Source: a virus (taxonomy: Duplodnaviria; Caudoviricetes). From it: 56,675 nucleotides of DNA. The position numbers and the translations under genes were made by a program. The stretch is taken from IMG/VR virus record IMGVR_UViG_3300044953_000632, positions 1 through 56,675 of that record; one strand, 5' to 3'. Shown in pieces: positions 16,797 through 25,342 of the stretch. Positions within the stretch are counted from its first letter, which is position 1. Each line of letters starts with the position of its first letter. The notes under the pieces are model-generated. The model was not told where the DNA came from. It searched no databases and worked only from the letters and a program-made list of their open reading frames with translations.

Positions 16797-17443
16797 GACG
16801 TCTCCCTTAGTTTTTGGAACAGTGATGCAGCTTCTCCTGGTCCTGAGCTGCTTCTTGATACATATACGCAGTGAAACGGCGGACCGTTCTTGGTGTTCAA
16901 ATAAAGATTGCTGACAGGATTGCTAGGCAGAAAGAAAGTGATTGAAACGAATTCCCTTATTCCAACTATCTGCATTGTTTGAAGCTTTACCGGATCCCTC
17001 ATCAGTACTTCTTCAGATTCACAGCTGTATAAAATTTTGTTTCCCTTGGAGTCAGCAGCCATCCACTTGGAGTTGAGCATCCAGTTACGGAAGTCAGACC
17101 ATTCCTCTTTTGGAAGTCCTTGTACATAGCGGCTCCAGCCGGCCTCAGGTTGGTTGAATCCTGCCGGAGCTACTACGTCCTCTACTAGTATAGGCTCGGG
17201 AAGCACAAAATGCATTATATGCAGTTTTTTGTTGAATTGTTTTGCGTACAATTCAAACAAGCTGACAGGTATTCGCAGGTACATATGCATGGTGTTTACA
17301 AAAAACAACTCATAGTCTTTTGACCAGCTTTTTAACTCATCTTTTGGGGCGATGGCATCTTCGAATACCAGTTCGGTGTTCTTAGAAGTTTTCGCAGCCT
17401 TTGCGGGAGAGAATATCCTGTCGTTTAAACTACCCACAATCAC
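16793..17443 (-). CDS. Hypothetical protein
   Basis: 216 aa with coupled overlaps. Confidence 0.7.
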   Translation of the reverse strand: MIVGSLNDRIFSPAKAAKTSKNTELVFEDAIAPKDELKSWSKDYELFFVNTMHMYLRIPVSLFELYAKQFNKKLHIMHFVLPEPILVEDVVAPAGFNQPEAGWSRYVQGLPKEEWSDFRNWMLNSKWMAADSKGNKILYSCESEEVLMRDPVKLQTMQIVGIREFVSITFFLPSNPVSNLYLNTKNGPPFHCVYVSRSSSGPGEAASLFQKLRETS

Positions 17444-17769
17444 TCCCCTGCAACTTTATTTATAGAAAGCTCTGCTCCGTTATCGGTTTTGTTCTTTTCA
17501 ACATCTTGGGCTTCTTGCTGCTGCTGCATCTTCATCAACGAAAGCTGCAGGTTGTTGTGAATTACTCTGAGCGAGGCCAGCGTATCGTTTGCATCTTCTC
17601 CATTCAAAACAAACGATTGCGTAGTGTCGTGCATTACTCCAAGGGGGGTGCGCACCTTGGTGGTAACCTTGATCTCCAGCAGTTCACCTTCGCCATTTGA
17701 ATTTGGCATTCGAGTGAAAGAGGTGCTCTCACTTAGCAGAGACAGTTTTGTTGTGGTTGATTGAGTCAT
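17440..17769 (-). CDS. Hypothetical protein
   Basis: 109 aa, AAGGA RBS. Confidence 0.65.
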   Translation of the reverse strand: MTQSTTTKLSLLSESTSFTRMPNSNGEGELLEIKVTTKVRTPLGVMHDTTQSFVLNGEDANDTLASLRVIHNNLQLSLMKMQQQQEAQDVEKNKTDNGAELSINKVAGE

Positions 17770-18343
17770 TTTTTATTTCCTTGTAAATAGTTGTTTGCTT
17801 GGCGGCCGTGTAAACGGAGAGCGCATCATAGACATGTTCGTTGCGTCCTTCAAGTACCTGTCCTCGTTTTCCCTTTATCCACCCTGTAAATAAAGGAAAC
17901 TCCTTTATTACGGAACTCTTAACCTGATTTTTCGATGCAGAGTTTTCTCCGGTTGCCGCCTTCTTTGCTTCAAAGGGTGTGACCAGAGTGACAGGTATCT
18001 TAAAGTTGGACATTACCGCACAGGCAGCACCTCTGGCTATAGCCATGCTCTTAGCTGCCTGTGCGTTCTTTGATCCACCGGTAGGGCACTCGATAAATAC
18101 ATGTCTAGGCTTGTTGTCCAGCAGTAGTTTTTCAAGCGCCGTAACCAGCTCCTTAGTTCTTCTCCACTCGTCATCGGATGTCCTAATCTTTAGCTTTCTC
18201 ATAACTGATTTATCGGACTTTTCAGTATGAATAGTGTCCACATGAAGCAATGTGTCCGACGCAGATCCTACGGATATAACAGCCACCCCTGTGTTGGCAA
18301 GGGCAAGATCAAGGCATACTATTATCGAATTGGTAAAAGTCAA
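17729..18343 (-). CDS. ruvC: RuvC-like Holliday junction resolvase
   Basis: CLDLALANTG (D), VFIECP (E), PFEAKKAATG...ASKNQV and HVYDAL (D) motifs. Confidence 0.8.
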   Translation of the reverse strand: MTFTNSIIVCLDLALANTGVAVISVGSASDTLLHVDTIHTEKSDKSVMRKLKIRTSDDEWRRTKELVTALEKLLLDNKPRHVFIECPTGGSKNAQAAKSMAIARGAACAVMSNFKIPVTLVTPFEAKKAATGENSASKNQVKSSVIKEFPLFTGWIKGKRGQVLEGRNEHVYDALSVYTAAKQTTIYKEIKNDSINHNKTVSAK

Positions 18344-18347
18344 AATA

Positions 18348-18779
18348 TCAATTTATTTCGTCTTCGTCTTCGTTTTCATTGTCTACATGAAAATCGCCGG
18401 GATTTGGATCGATTTGATTGTTTGGATTTATCTTGAACAGCGAGTTCATTATATTGTTCAAGTCAGATCCAGGTTCCATTGTAAATAAGGCATTCCAATT
18501 TGCAATTGGACCATCCGTCTTTTCCATTGAAAAGATTTTCTTATCTTTAATTTTTTTTGGAGGATTTACATGCATAGCTATCTCTATCAAGGCTCCGGCG
18601 TTTATTGGACCATCGAAGATATTTGGAACTAAGGATACCCAGTTGTTGCTTCCCGTCAACGGAATACCGAGGTAGACCTTTATTCCAGCCAGATCCTGCA
18701 CTTCCATTATGTATCCTAGCTGTGATTTCTCATTAATAGCGAGCTTCTTCAAGTGTTCTTCTTCTTCTTCTTTTGCCAT
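18348..18779 (-). CDS. Hypothetical protein
   Basis: 143-aa ORF. Confidence 0.7.
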   Translation of the reverse strand: MAKEEEEEHLKKLAINEKSQLGYIMEVQDLAGIKVYLGIPLTGSNNWVSLVPNIFDGPINAGALIEIAMHVNPPKKIKDKKIFSMEKTDGPIANWNALFTMEPGSDLNNIMNSLFKINPNNQIDPNPGDFHVDNENEDEDEIN

Positions 18780-19282
18780 TAGTCTAATCCCTTTCCAAGG
18801 GACTTTAGCAGAGACTCCGCCGCCGTATTAATGGGAAAGTCTCTGAAGTCCTTAATGTTATTGACTCTGGCTATGGCGGCCTGATGCCACATTCTGATTA
18901 TGATGTCTCCAAGATTCTTGAGCACCCAGGTCCTAGTCTGCCACGACAAATCTACAAACCCAGAGGCTAGGTAGGCCTCTTCCACAGTGGGGTGAGTAAG
19001 GCCGTCTCTTGAAAGAATATATCTCAGGGCCAGAACAGCCTTCTGCATATCCTCTTCAGATATATTCAGGGTACGGGTGGACACCTCCGTATCCACAGAT
19101 TGAATTAGTTTGCACATTCCGACAAACGCGCCGGGCACACAGTTAAGGATATCATGCTGTGGGACATAGGTCTCATTTACCGTGGTGGCACCGTGTGGGT
19201 TGATGGAAAGCATGTGCTGCGGATTGAATGGCAGCGGCAGGTTTACGGGAATGTCTAGGCCTCTTCTGAAGTCTTCTGACAT
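18779..19282 (-). CDS. Hypothetical protein
   Basis: 167 aa, AGGA RBS. Confidence 0.7.
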   Translation of the reverse strand: MSEDFRRGLDIPVNLPLPFNPQHMLSINPHGATTVNETYVPQHDILNCVPGAFVGMCKLIQSVDTEVSTRTLNISEEDMQKAVLALRYILSRDGLTHPTVEEAYLASGFVDLSWQTRTWVLKNLGDIIIRMWHQAAIARVNNIKDFRDFPINTAAESLLKSLGKGLD

Positions 19283-20175
19283 ATATTTTTTCCTTTAATT
19301 AAGAGGATTACGTTTTCTTTAACATCTTTGCGAGATCTCGGGGAACATCCCTTCGGACACTGATCATAACCTATTTTACAAACATGGCAAGGATGTCGAA
19401 ACCCATATTGACATAATTGATTACGATCTTTTACAAGCTCAAGATTGGCTTTCTTTTGCTTTGCAGTGGCCTTTATGGCCGCTATGGAATTTACCTTGGT
19501 TAAATACCTGAGCCTTATGTGTCCTGCGCCAGGAGCAAATTCTAATATGTTTGTTTGCTCGGGGTACACGGTTACCTGCATCTGCACCGCTTGTTTGTAG
19601 TCGGCCAATCTCATTCTGTCTTTATCTATTTTGTATGTAGCTCCTAAGACATCAGACATCAGTTTTATTGTTTTAGGCGCCGACATGAACATATCCAGGC
19701 CGGCCGCAGGCCCATCCATTATCCTAATTCTATAGGCACCAGTAGGGGACGATTCTTCGCTGACATACTCTGCTATGACCCCAGACATCCATCCGGAATT
19801 TACTATTGCGAAGTTATAGACATAGGGCTGCATGTTCTTTAATCTTTTTCTATTTCCCGCTATTTGCCAGCATATTACATCTTGAACTTTTTTGTCTATA
19901 TAACAGGAATCAAAGATTTGCAACATGTTTTTTGCTATACCGACCTTGCAACCAGTAACTTCGGCTGCAGCTCTAGCTATCTCTGCCAGGTTTTTAGTGA
20001 ATAACGGATTTCCTATTAAATTCATTCTGTCCAATCGTAGGCGCATAAGCTTGAACGCCTCCATTGCCTTCTCAGGTTGATTGTATAGAGGCTTCTTTGG
20101 CAGCTTCAGGGTGCCTTGCGCAGATTGTAGCCTGCAAGAAGGACTTACAGGCAGCAATGATTTGTCATAGGTCAT
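19255..20175 (-). CDS. Hypothetical protein with C-terminal Cys/His cluster
   Basis: 306 aa; CQYGFRHPCHVCKIGYDQC. Confidence 0.7.
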   Translation of the reverse strand: MTYDKSLLPVSPSCRLQSAQGTLKLPKKPLYNQPEKAMEAFKLMRLRLDRMNLIGNPLFTKNLAEIARAAAEVTGCKVGIAKNMLQIFDSCYIDKKVQDVICWQIAGNRKRLKNMQPYVYNFAIVNSGWMSGVIAEYVSEESSPTGAYRIRIMDGPAAGLDMFMSAPKTIKLMSDVLGATYKIDKDRMRLADYKQAVQMQVTVYPEQTNILEFAPGAGHIRLRYLTKVNSIAAIKATAKQKKANLELVKDRNQLCQYGFRHPCHVCKIGYDQCPKGCSPRSRKDVKENVILLIKGKNICQKTSEEA

Positions 20176-20214
20176 TGTTTTCCTTAATAAAACGCTACGG
20201 TATCCCGGCAGCCT

Positions 20215-20544
20215 TTACTCTTCCAGAACACCTAGAAGCTCTGTGATCCTCATTATTAGATATCCTTCTGGCATTGGGATTTCTGATCCTGAAAATGCGC
20301 TAAATAGCACCTCATCTCCGATCTTTATGTTCGGGACTGGAATTTTTTGAGCTTTTAGATTTTCACAATTGCCAATCTTAATCACTGTTCCTCTTTTGGA
20401 TTGGTAGTCCTTGCGATCCTCAGGAACAATGATTCCAGAATCAGTCTTTTCTGGTGTCTTCCATTTTTTGATTACCACAAAATCATAGATGGGCTGGAAC
20501 GTATTTAGCATTTCTTTTTCTTCAAGTCTTAGCACTAGTGCCAT
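20215..20544 (-). CDS. groES: Co-chaperonin GroES
   Basis: FQPIYDFVVI, KTDSGIIVP, GTVIKIG, IKIGDEVLF and YLIMRITELLGV match the GroES pattern. Confidence 0.9.
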   Translation of the reverse strand: MALVLRLEEKEMLNTFQPIYDFVVIKKWKTPEKTDSGIIVPEDRKDYQSKRGTVIKIGNCENLKAQKIPVPNIKIGDEVLFSAFSGSEIPMPEGYLIMRITELLGVLEE

Positions 20545-20564
20545 GTTGCTGCTCCTTATTTAAC

Positions 20565-20891
20565 TTATTTTTTTTTATACATCAAAGCTGCAAATTCCAT
20601 TCCAACTAAACCTGCAATAACTGCAAATCCCACTATAATTAAACCTACAAGAACACTTTTAATGATAATCTCTACATAGCTGAGCTGAACTAACTGCTCG
20701 TCCTGCTCGTCGTTTTTAGCTGCGCAGTATTTTGTATCAACAGAAGCAGGTACTGCAGCTGCATTAAGGGGAATTTCTTTAGATGAATGTTCAAACCGTG
20801 GGTTTGTGTTGTTGGGGTTGTTTACTGACTTGCAGCTCATGAGAATAGCGCATGCTACAAAAAATGCCACTAATGTTTTTACAGTTTTCAT
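20565..20891 (-). CDS. Putative lipoprotein with C-terminal TM helix (u-spanin-like topology)
   Basis: Signal peptide ending in a lipobox-like LMSC, plus a C-terminal hydrophobic helix. Confidence 0.55.
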   Translation of the reverse strand: MKTVKTLVAFFVACAILMSCKSVNNPNNTNPRFEHSSKEIPLNAAAVPASVDTKYCAAKNDEQDEQLVQLSYVEIIIKSVLVGLIIVGFAVIAGLVGMEFAALMYKKK

Positions 20892-21031
20892 ACTATTTTA
20901 ATCCGTTCATGCATATAACCAGCGTCGCCCATAAAATCACTATGAGTGCGGCTTTGAACAGTTGCCGCTTTGGTTTTAAATCCGGCTTTGAACAGTCGTC
21001 ACATGAGTTTGGTTTTAACAATTTACGCCCC

Positions 21032-21466
21032 TTATTTATGGAGAGTCATGCTGAACACTTCTGCCTTGATTATCAAAGACTCATGGTTTTTGTCCTCAGC
21101 GCACTCTGAGTTGCTGAATCCGCCATCCAACTCTTCTACAAGTTCCTCGGCTTCATCGCCATTTTCCATGACCGTTTCTATACACCACTCTTCCAACAGT
21201 CGGGCCCTGTAGTTGTTGTATCTGACAACCACTATGTGCAGCACGTCGCCCACCTTAGCGCTGAAATCTAGTTCAAGCTCTATGAACTCTCCCTTAGGTT
21301 CCTTTGCGCACAGTTTTATGGGGACAAATTCTACAAATATTTTGTCATCAAAGTTTTGGTATTCGTCCACATCTAGCTCTTCCTCCTCTTCCTCGTTTAT
21401 ATCAGAAAAGTCGGACTCCTCATTTCTACTTTCGGCATATTGTAAATAAACAGTGGTGTAAGGCAT
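21032..21466 (-). CDS. Highly acidic hypothetical protein
   Basis: 144 aa, strongly Glu/Asp-rich; AAGGAG RBS. Confidence 0.75.
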   Translation of the reverse strand: MPYTTVYLQYAESRNEESDFSDINEEEEEELDVDEYQNFDDKIFVEFVPIKLCAKEPKGEFIELELDFSAKVGDVLHIVVVRYNNYRARLLEEWCIETVMENGDEAEELVEELDGGFSNSECAEDKNHESLIIKAEVFSMTLHK

Positions 21467-21515
21467 GTGTATCTCCTTACACCACTGTTTATCTTATTAC
21501 AAAATTTTATGCAAA

Positions 21516-21881
21516 TTACTTCTTGGTTTGTTTAGTGAAATTTGATGATACAAATGTTAGGGATTCGGAGACGCTATTGTCAGCTACGCCACGAATATAA
21601 GTCATTACATAGGTGGCGACGGAGTAAATGTACCCGCCTTCCACAGGCATTTTCCTAGTTATTCTTTTAAAAGTATTTGAAATACTTTCTCCCAACTTCG
21701 GCTCACTCCAACGTTCTTCGGACACTGTCTGCCAAGGGCTCTCTGCTGCAGGCGCCTCCTGTTCGGCAACAACAGGCTTATCAAATGCCATGATTTCCGT
21801 AGGGCTCATGGGGGCTCGTTTGTTGTTGATTGGTGTTTCCGCCAGATTGCCGGTGACAATAGATTCAAAATTACCGCTCAT
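21516..21881 (-). CDS. Hypothetical protein
   Basis: 121 aa; AAGGAG RBS. Confidence 0.7.
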   Translation of the reverse strand: MSGNFESIVTGNLAETPINNKRAPMSPTEIMAFDKPVVAEQEAPAAESPWQTVSEERWSEPKLGESISNTFKRITRKMPVEGGYIYSVATYVMTYIRGVADNSVSESLTFVSSNFTKQTKK

Positions 21882-21890
21882 TTTTGCTCC

Positions 21891-24395
21891 TTATTCACAT
21901 TTGCTTTGACCGCAGGACTTACAGGTAACGCACCCTTCCTGCCTTATCAGGCTTTCAGACGAGCAGTTGCTGCATCTTTCACCTTTGACAATAGTACCGT
22001 CAGGGATGTACTTTTTCAATGCACGGGCAACCGTCTTTGAGAAAGAGAACATACCCCCCTTGACCTTCTCCAACTGATGTACGATATAGTGCATTTCGAC
22101 CCCATGTCTAAGTGCGGTTGAAATCAGTCTAGTGACTGCTCCTGCTTCACTTGACACCAGGTTTCCAAGCTTATTCAAAGTTAAAATCTCTCCGTCGTTT
22201 TTATCATCGACGAATTGACCTTTGTAATGCCCCCTGTCCATCTTGGTGAGGGTTCCGGCTTTGAATCTCTTGGGAATGATAGGCTCGTCGTCATCTCCTT
22301 TGTTAACTCCTGCGAACACCTCATGCGGGGTGTTGTCTTTCATGCTGACAAGTACGAAGTAAGGCACGCCATCCACAGTGTGATGATGGATTTCGCAAGG
22401 TAGAAGCTGCGGACGTTTGTATGAAGCGTCTTTTTTCTTTTTGTCCTCTTTGGCCACCAATACTCCGGTTCTGCAGCCGTCTCTGTAGATGGTAATGCCC
22501 TTGCAGCCAAACTTCCAGGCCTTTATGTAGATTTTGTTGACCGTCTCAACGGACGTGTCCGAAGGTAAATTAATAGTGCTGCTAATAGCGTGGTCTATGT
22601 GCTTTTGGGCTATTGCCTGAATGCTGACTCTGCTCTCCCAGTCGATTTCCTGGGCAGTGGCTCCTGCCCATGGACTCTTGGATAAATCTTTTTCTCCGGT
22701 GATTTTCATCCATTCCGATACCTTTGGAGGGTATACGGTGAACTCCATCCAGTGATCTCCGTTCTGATCTACGAAGTCAGATCTGAAATTCTTATCTCCG
22801 TGGTTGCCTTTTTTGCGTCTCGTATACGGCTGGATCATGAACTGGGGCTCGATGCCTGAGCTGGTCTGGGTCAAGATAGATACCGAGCCGCATGGCGCCG
22901 TAGTTAAGAGCGCAATATTGCGTCTACCGTGCTTCTGCATGTCCTTCCACAGCTTGGGATCCTCATGCTTTATTCTGCCTAAGAATGGATTCGGCGCCTC
23001 ACGATTCGCTTCCCAGATCGGGAATGGTCCGATCTCCTGAGCCATGTCCACAGAAGAGCGGTAGCACGCCAGCTTGAACTCTTTGTAGATGGAATCGATT
23101 GTTGAGATACCCTTAGTTGATCCGTAGTCGATTCCAAGCGCAGCAAGGGTGTCACCTATGGCAGTCATGCCAGATCCGGTGCGACGTCCTTGACGTGCCG
23201 CAGAGCACACTTTTTTCCAAAGCTCTACTTCACGTGACTTAAGATTCTGCGATTCTGGATCCGAGGAGATCTTTAGCTGGATGCGGTCGATGCACTCGAG
23301 CTCAAGATCGACCATATCGTCCATGAGCCTTTGTAGCATGTACGCGTCCTTGCGAAATGCCTCAAAATCAAACTTTGCGTTTTTGGTGAACGGATTAATC
23401 ACGTATGAGTATGCATTGAGAAGCATGAGGCGACACGAGTCGTACGCCGAAAGGGGGATTTCTGAGCATGGATTTGTGCACACTGTCTTGAATCCCAGGT
23501 CTGCATAGCAGTCGGGGATAGACTCATTGATGATATTGTCCCACATCAACATGCCGGGCTCTGCAGTTTCATGGGCGGCTTCGATGAGCATATCCCACAC
23601 CTTTTTGGCATCGGCCATTTTGGACTGCTTTACATAAGAATCTGGCCATCTCTGCTCGTACTGCTCACCTTTCTCTACGGCACTCATGAACTCATCGGTG
23701 AGCCTAACAGAGATGTTGGCGCCGGTTACCTTTGTCAGGTCTTTTTTGCAAAATATAAACTTTTCTATGTCTGGGTGGTGGATGGATTGCGTGAGCATCA
23801 AAGCCCCACGTCGACCGTTTTGACCTACCTCTCGAATTGAATTTGAAAATCTCTCCGCAAAGGGAATCGTTCCGGTGCTGGTTCTGGCGGCGTTCTTAGT
23901 CAGCGTTCCCTCTGGACGCAGTGTGGAGATGTCGATGCCGCACCCCCCTCTTCGCTTGCTGATCTGCACCAGCTCTTCGTCTGCTCTGCAAATGCCCGCA
24001 TAGCAGTCCTCTGGGCTTTGAATTACATAGCAGTTGCTTAGGCTGATGATCTGGTATGGATTGCCGATGCCGTACATAGGACTGCCTTGCGGCACGATTC
24101 TTTGGAATTTATCTAATGCCTGGAAGATTTGCTCTTCTGTATATGGATTTTTGAATTTCTTGGCCTCTACTCTTGCAAATTCTTTTGCAATGCGTCTATG
24201 CATGTCTTCCGGAGTTTTCTCAAGAAGTGTCTGCTGCGAATCTCTTAGTGCGTATTTGTCTACAAATACTCTTGCTGCAAGATCGTCGCCATTAAAATAT
24301 TCCGTGGAGGCTGTAACCGCCTCTTCATAAGAGTAACCTGTGGCCTTTGGTAAATTCATTGTTTTATTGCTCAATTTATTGAACTCCTGTTCCAA
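21891..24395 (-). CDS. nrdJ: Ribonucleotide reductase class II (adenosylcobalamin-dependent) with C-terminal Zn-ribbon
   Basis: SNCYV, RRGGCG, TNPCSEI, APCGSVS...TSSGIEP, GCKGITIYRDG and terminal CxxC...CxxC; no beta subunit nearby. Confidence 0.88.
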   Translation of the reverse strand: MEQEFNKLSNKTMNLPKATGYSYEEAVTASTEYFNGDDLAARVFVDKYALRDSQQTLLEKTPEDMHRRIAKEFARVEAKKFKNPYTEEQIFQALDKFQRIVPQGSPMYGIGNPYQIISLSNCYVIQSPEDCYAGICRADEELVQISKRRGGCGIDISTLRPEGTLTKNAARTSTGTIPFAERFSNSIREVGQNGRRGALMLTQSIHHPDIEKFIFCKKDLTKVTGANISVRLTDEFMSAVEKGEQYEQRWPDSYVKQSKMADAKKVWDMLIEAAHETAEPGMLMWDNIINESIPDCYADLGFKTVCTNPCSEIPLSAYDSCRLMLLNAYSYVINPFTKNAKFDFEAFRKDAYMLQRLMDDMVDLELECIDRIQLKISSDPESQNLKSREVELWKKVCSAARQGRRTGSGMTAIGDTLAALGIDYGSTKGISTIDSIYKEFKLACYRSSVDMAQEIGPFPIWEANREAPNPFLGRIKHEDPKLWKDMQKHGRRNIALLTTAPCGSVSILTQTSSGIEPQFMIQPYTRRKKGNHGDKNFRSDFVDQNGDHWMEFTVYPPKVSEWMKITGEKDLSKSPWAGATAQEIDWESRVSIQAIAQKHIDHAISSTINLPSDTSVETVNKIYIKAWKFGCKGITIYRDGCRTGVLVAKEDKKKKDASYKRPQLLPCEIHHHTVDGVPYFVLVSMKDNTPHEVFAGVNKGDDDEPIIPKRFKAGTLTKMDRGHYKGQFVDDKNDGEILTLNKLGNLVSSEAGAVTRLISTALRHGVEMHYIVHQLEKVKGGMFSFSKTVARALKKYIPDGTIVKGERCSNCSSESLIRQEGCVTCKSCGQSKCE

Positions 24396-25329
24396 ATATA
24401 ATTGCCTTCTTTTTTCCTTTTACAGCCGCTTTATAGCTTTCCAAACTGTGTTGCAGTACAGAGCTATGCAAACCTTCTGGAGCTATGCCTGCTAAACATA
24501 CAGGGGGGCAATCATATAGCTTGAGGCAGACGTTGTCTAGCCCCTCTTCAACTGTGATGTTGATTACTCTGTTCGGATTTTTTTTGAATATGGATGTTTT
24601 TAATTTTATAAGTGTCTTCTTGGCAAAATCCATATTGACAGCATCCAGTAGAATTGCAGTTCTTGTGCATATGGCTGGATTCCTATTCTCCTTAATTGTT
24701 GCGCCAATAGTTCTTACGGCAATAAACTTTATTGACTTTAGCCTATTGCATATTCTTTCTGATAGGTCGTCGTCTAGTTCAAAATCATATCCGTAGGAAT
24801 TTGACTGGATCATTGTTTCTGAGCTTATCACCAATGTTTTAACCGCATTTGGCAAAATTTTATTTAGTTTTAGTTTGCTGGCAATTGCTTCTTTTGTGTC
24901 ATTTGCTTTTCTCATATAGCAGTTTGCACAGAAAAAGCTTTTGCAGGGATACGTCGTTCCTCCAAATCCTATTGGAGCACAAAAACTTTGTCTGATTATT
25001 TCTTTCGGAGAAGCGCTGGCCAATGCAGACAAGCATAGTTTGTTAAATCGGATGTTGAAAGAGCCAAGTGCGCCTCTCCGTATGACAGATGCAACGTGAG
25101 ACTTAGTCAGTCCTATTGCGTAGTAGTTGTAATTTAGTATGAACTCTGAGGGATCTTTTCTTCCACTGTTTCTTAGATGGTTAACAAGCCCTATGCCTAT
25201 GTCAGGGTTAGAATTGTTTATCAGCATGGATATCTGATTGTCCATGACCTTCCATAGGAACGGCGTAAGCTTAAATGGTATACCTTTTAGAGAGACTTTG
25301 CAGTCAACTCCTTTTTTAGTTACCTGCAT
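24376..25329 (-). CDS. Basic hypothetical protein with Cys cluster
   Basis: 317 aa; PCKSFFCANC. Confidence 0.65.
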   Translation of the reverse strand: MQVTKKGVDCKVSLKGIPFKLTPFLWKVMDNQISMLINNSNPDIGIGLVNHLRNSGRKDPSEFILNYNYYAIGLTKSHVASVIRRGALGSFNIRFNKLCLSALASASPKEIIRQSFCAPIGFGGTTYPCKSFFCANCYMRKANDTKEAIASKLKLNKILPNAVKTLVISSETMIQSNSYGYDFELDDDLSERICNRLKSIKFIAVRTIGATIKENRNPAICTRTAILLDAVNMDFAKKTLIKLKTSIFKKNPNRVINITVEEGLDNVCLKLYDCPPVCLAGIAPEGLHSSVLQHSLESYKAAVKGKKKAIIFGTGVQ

Positions 25330-25342
25330 TTTATTACCTTTA

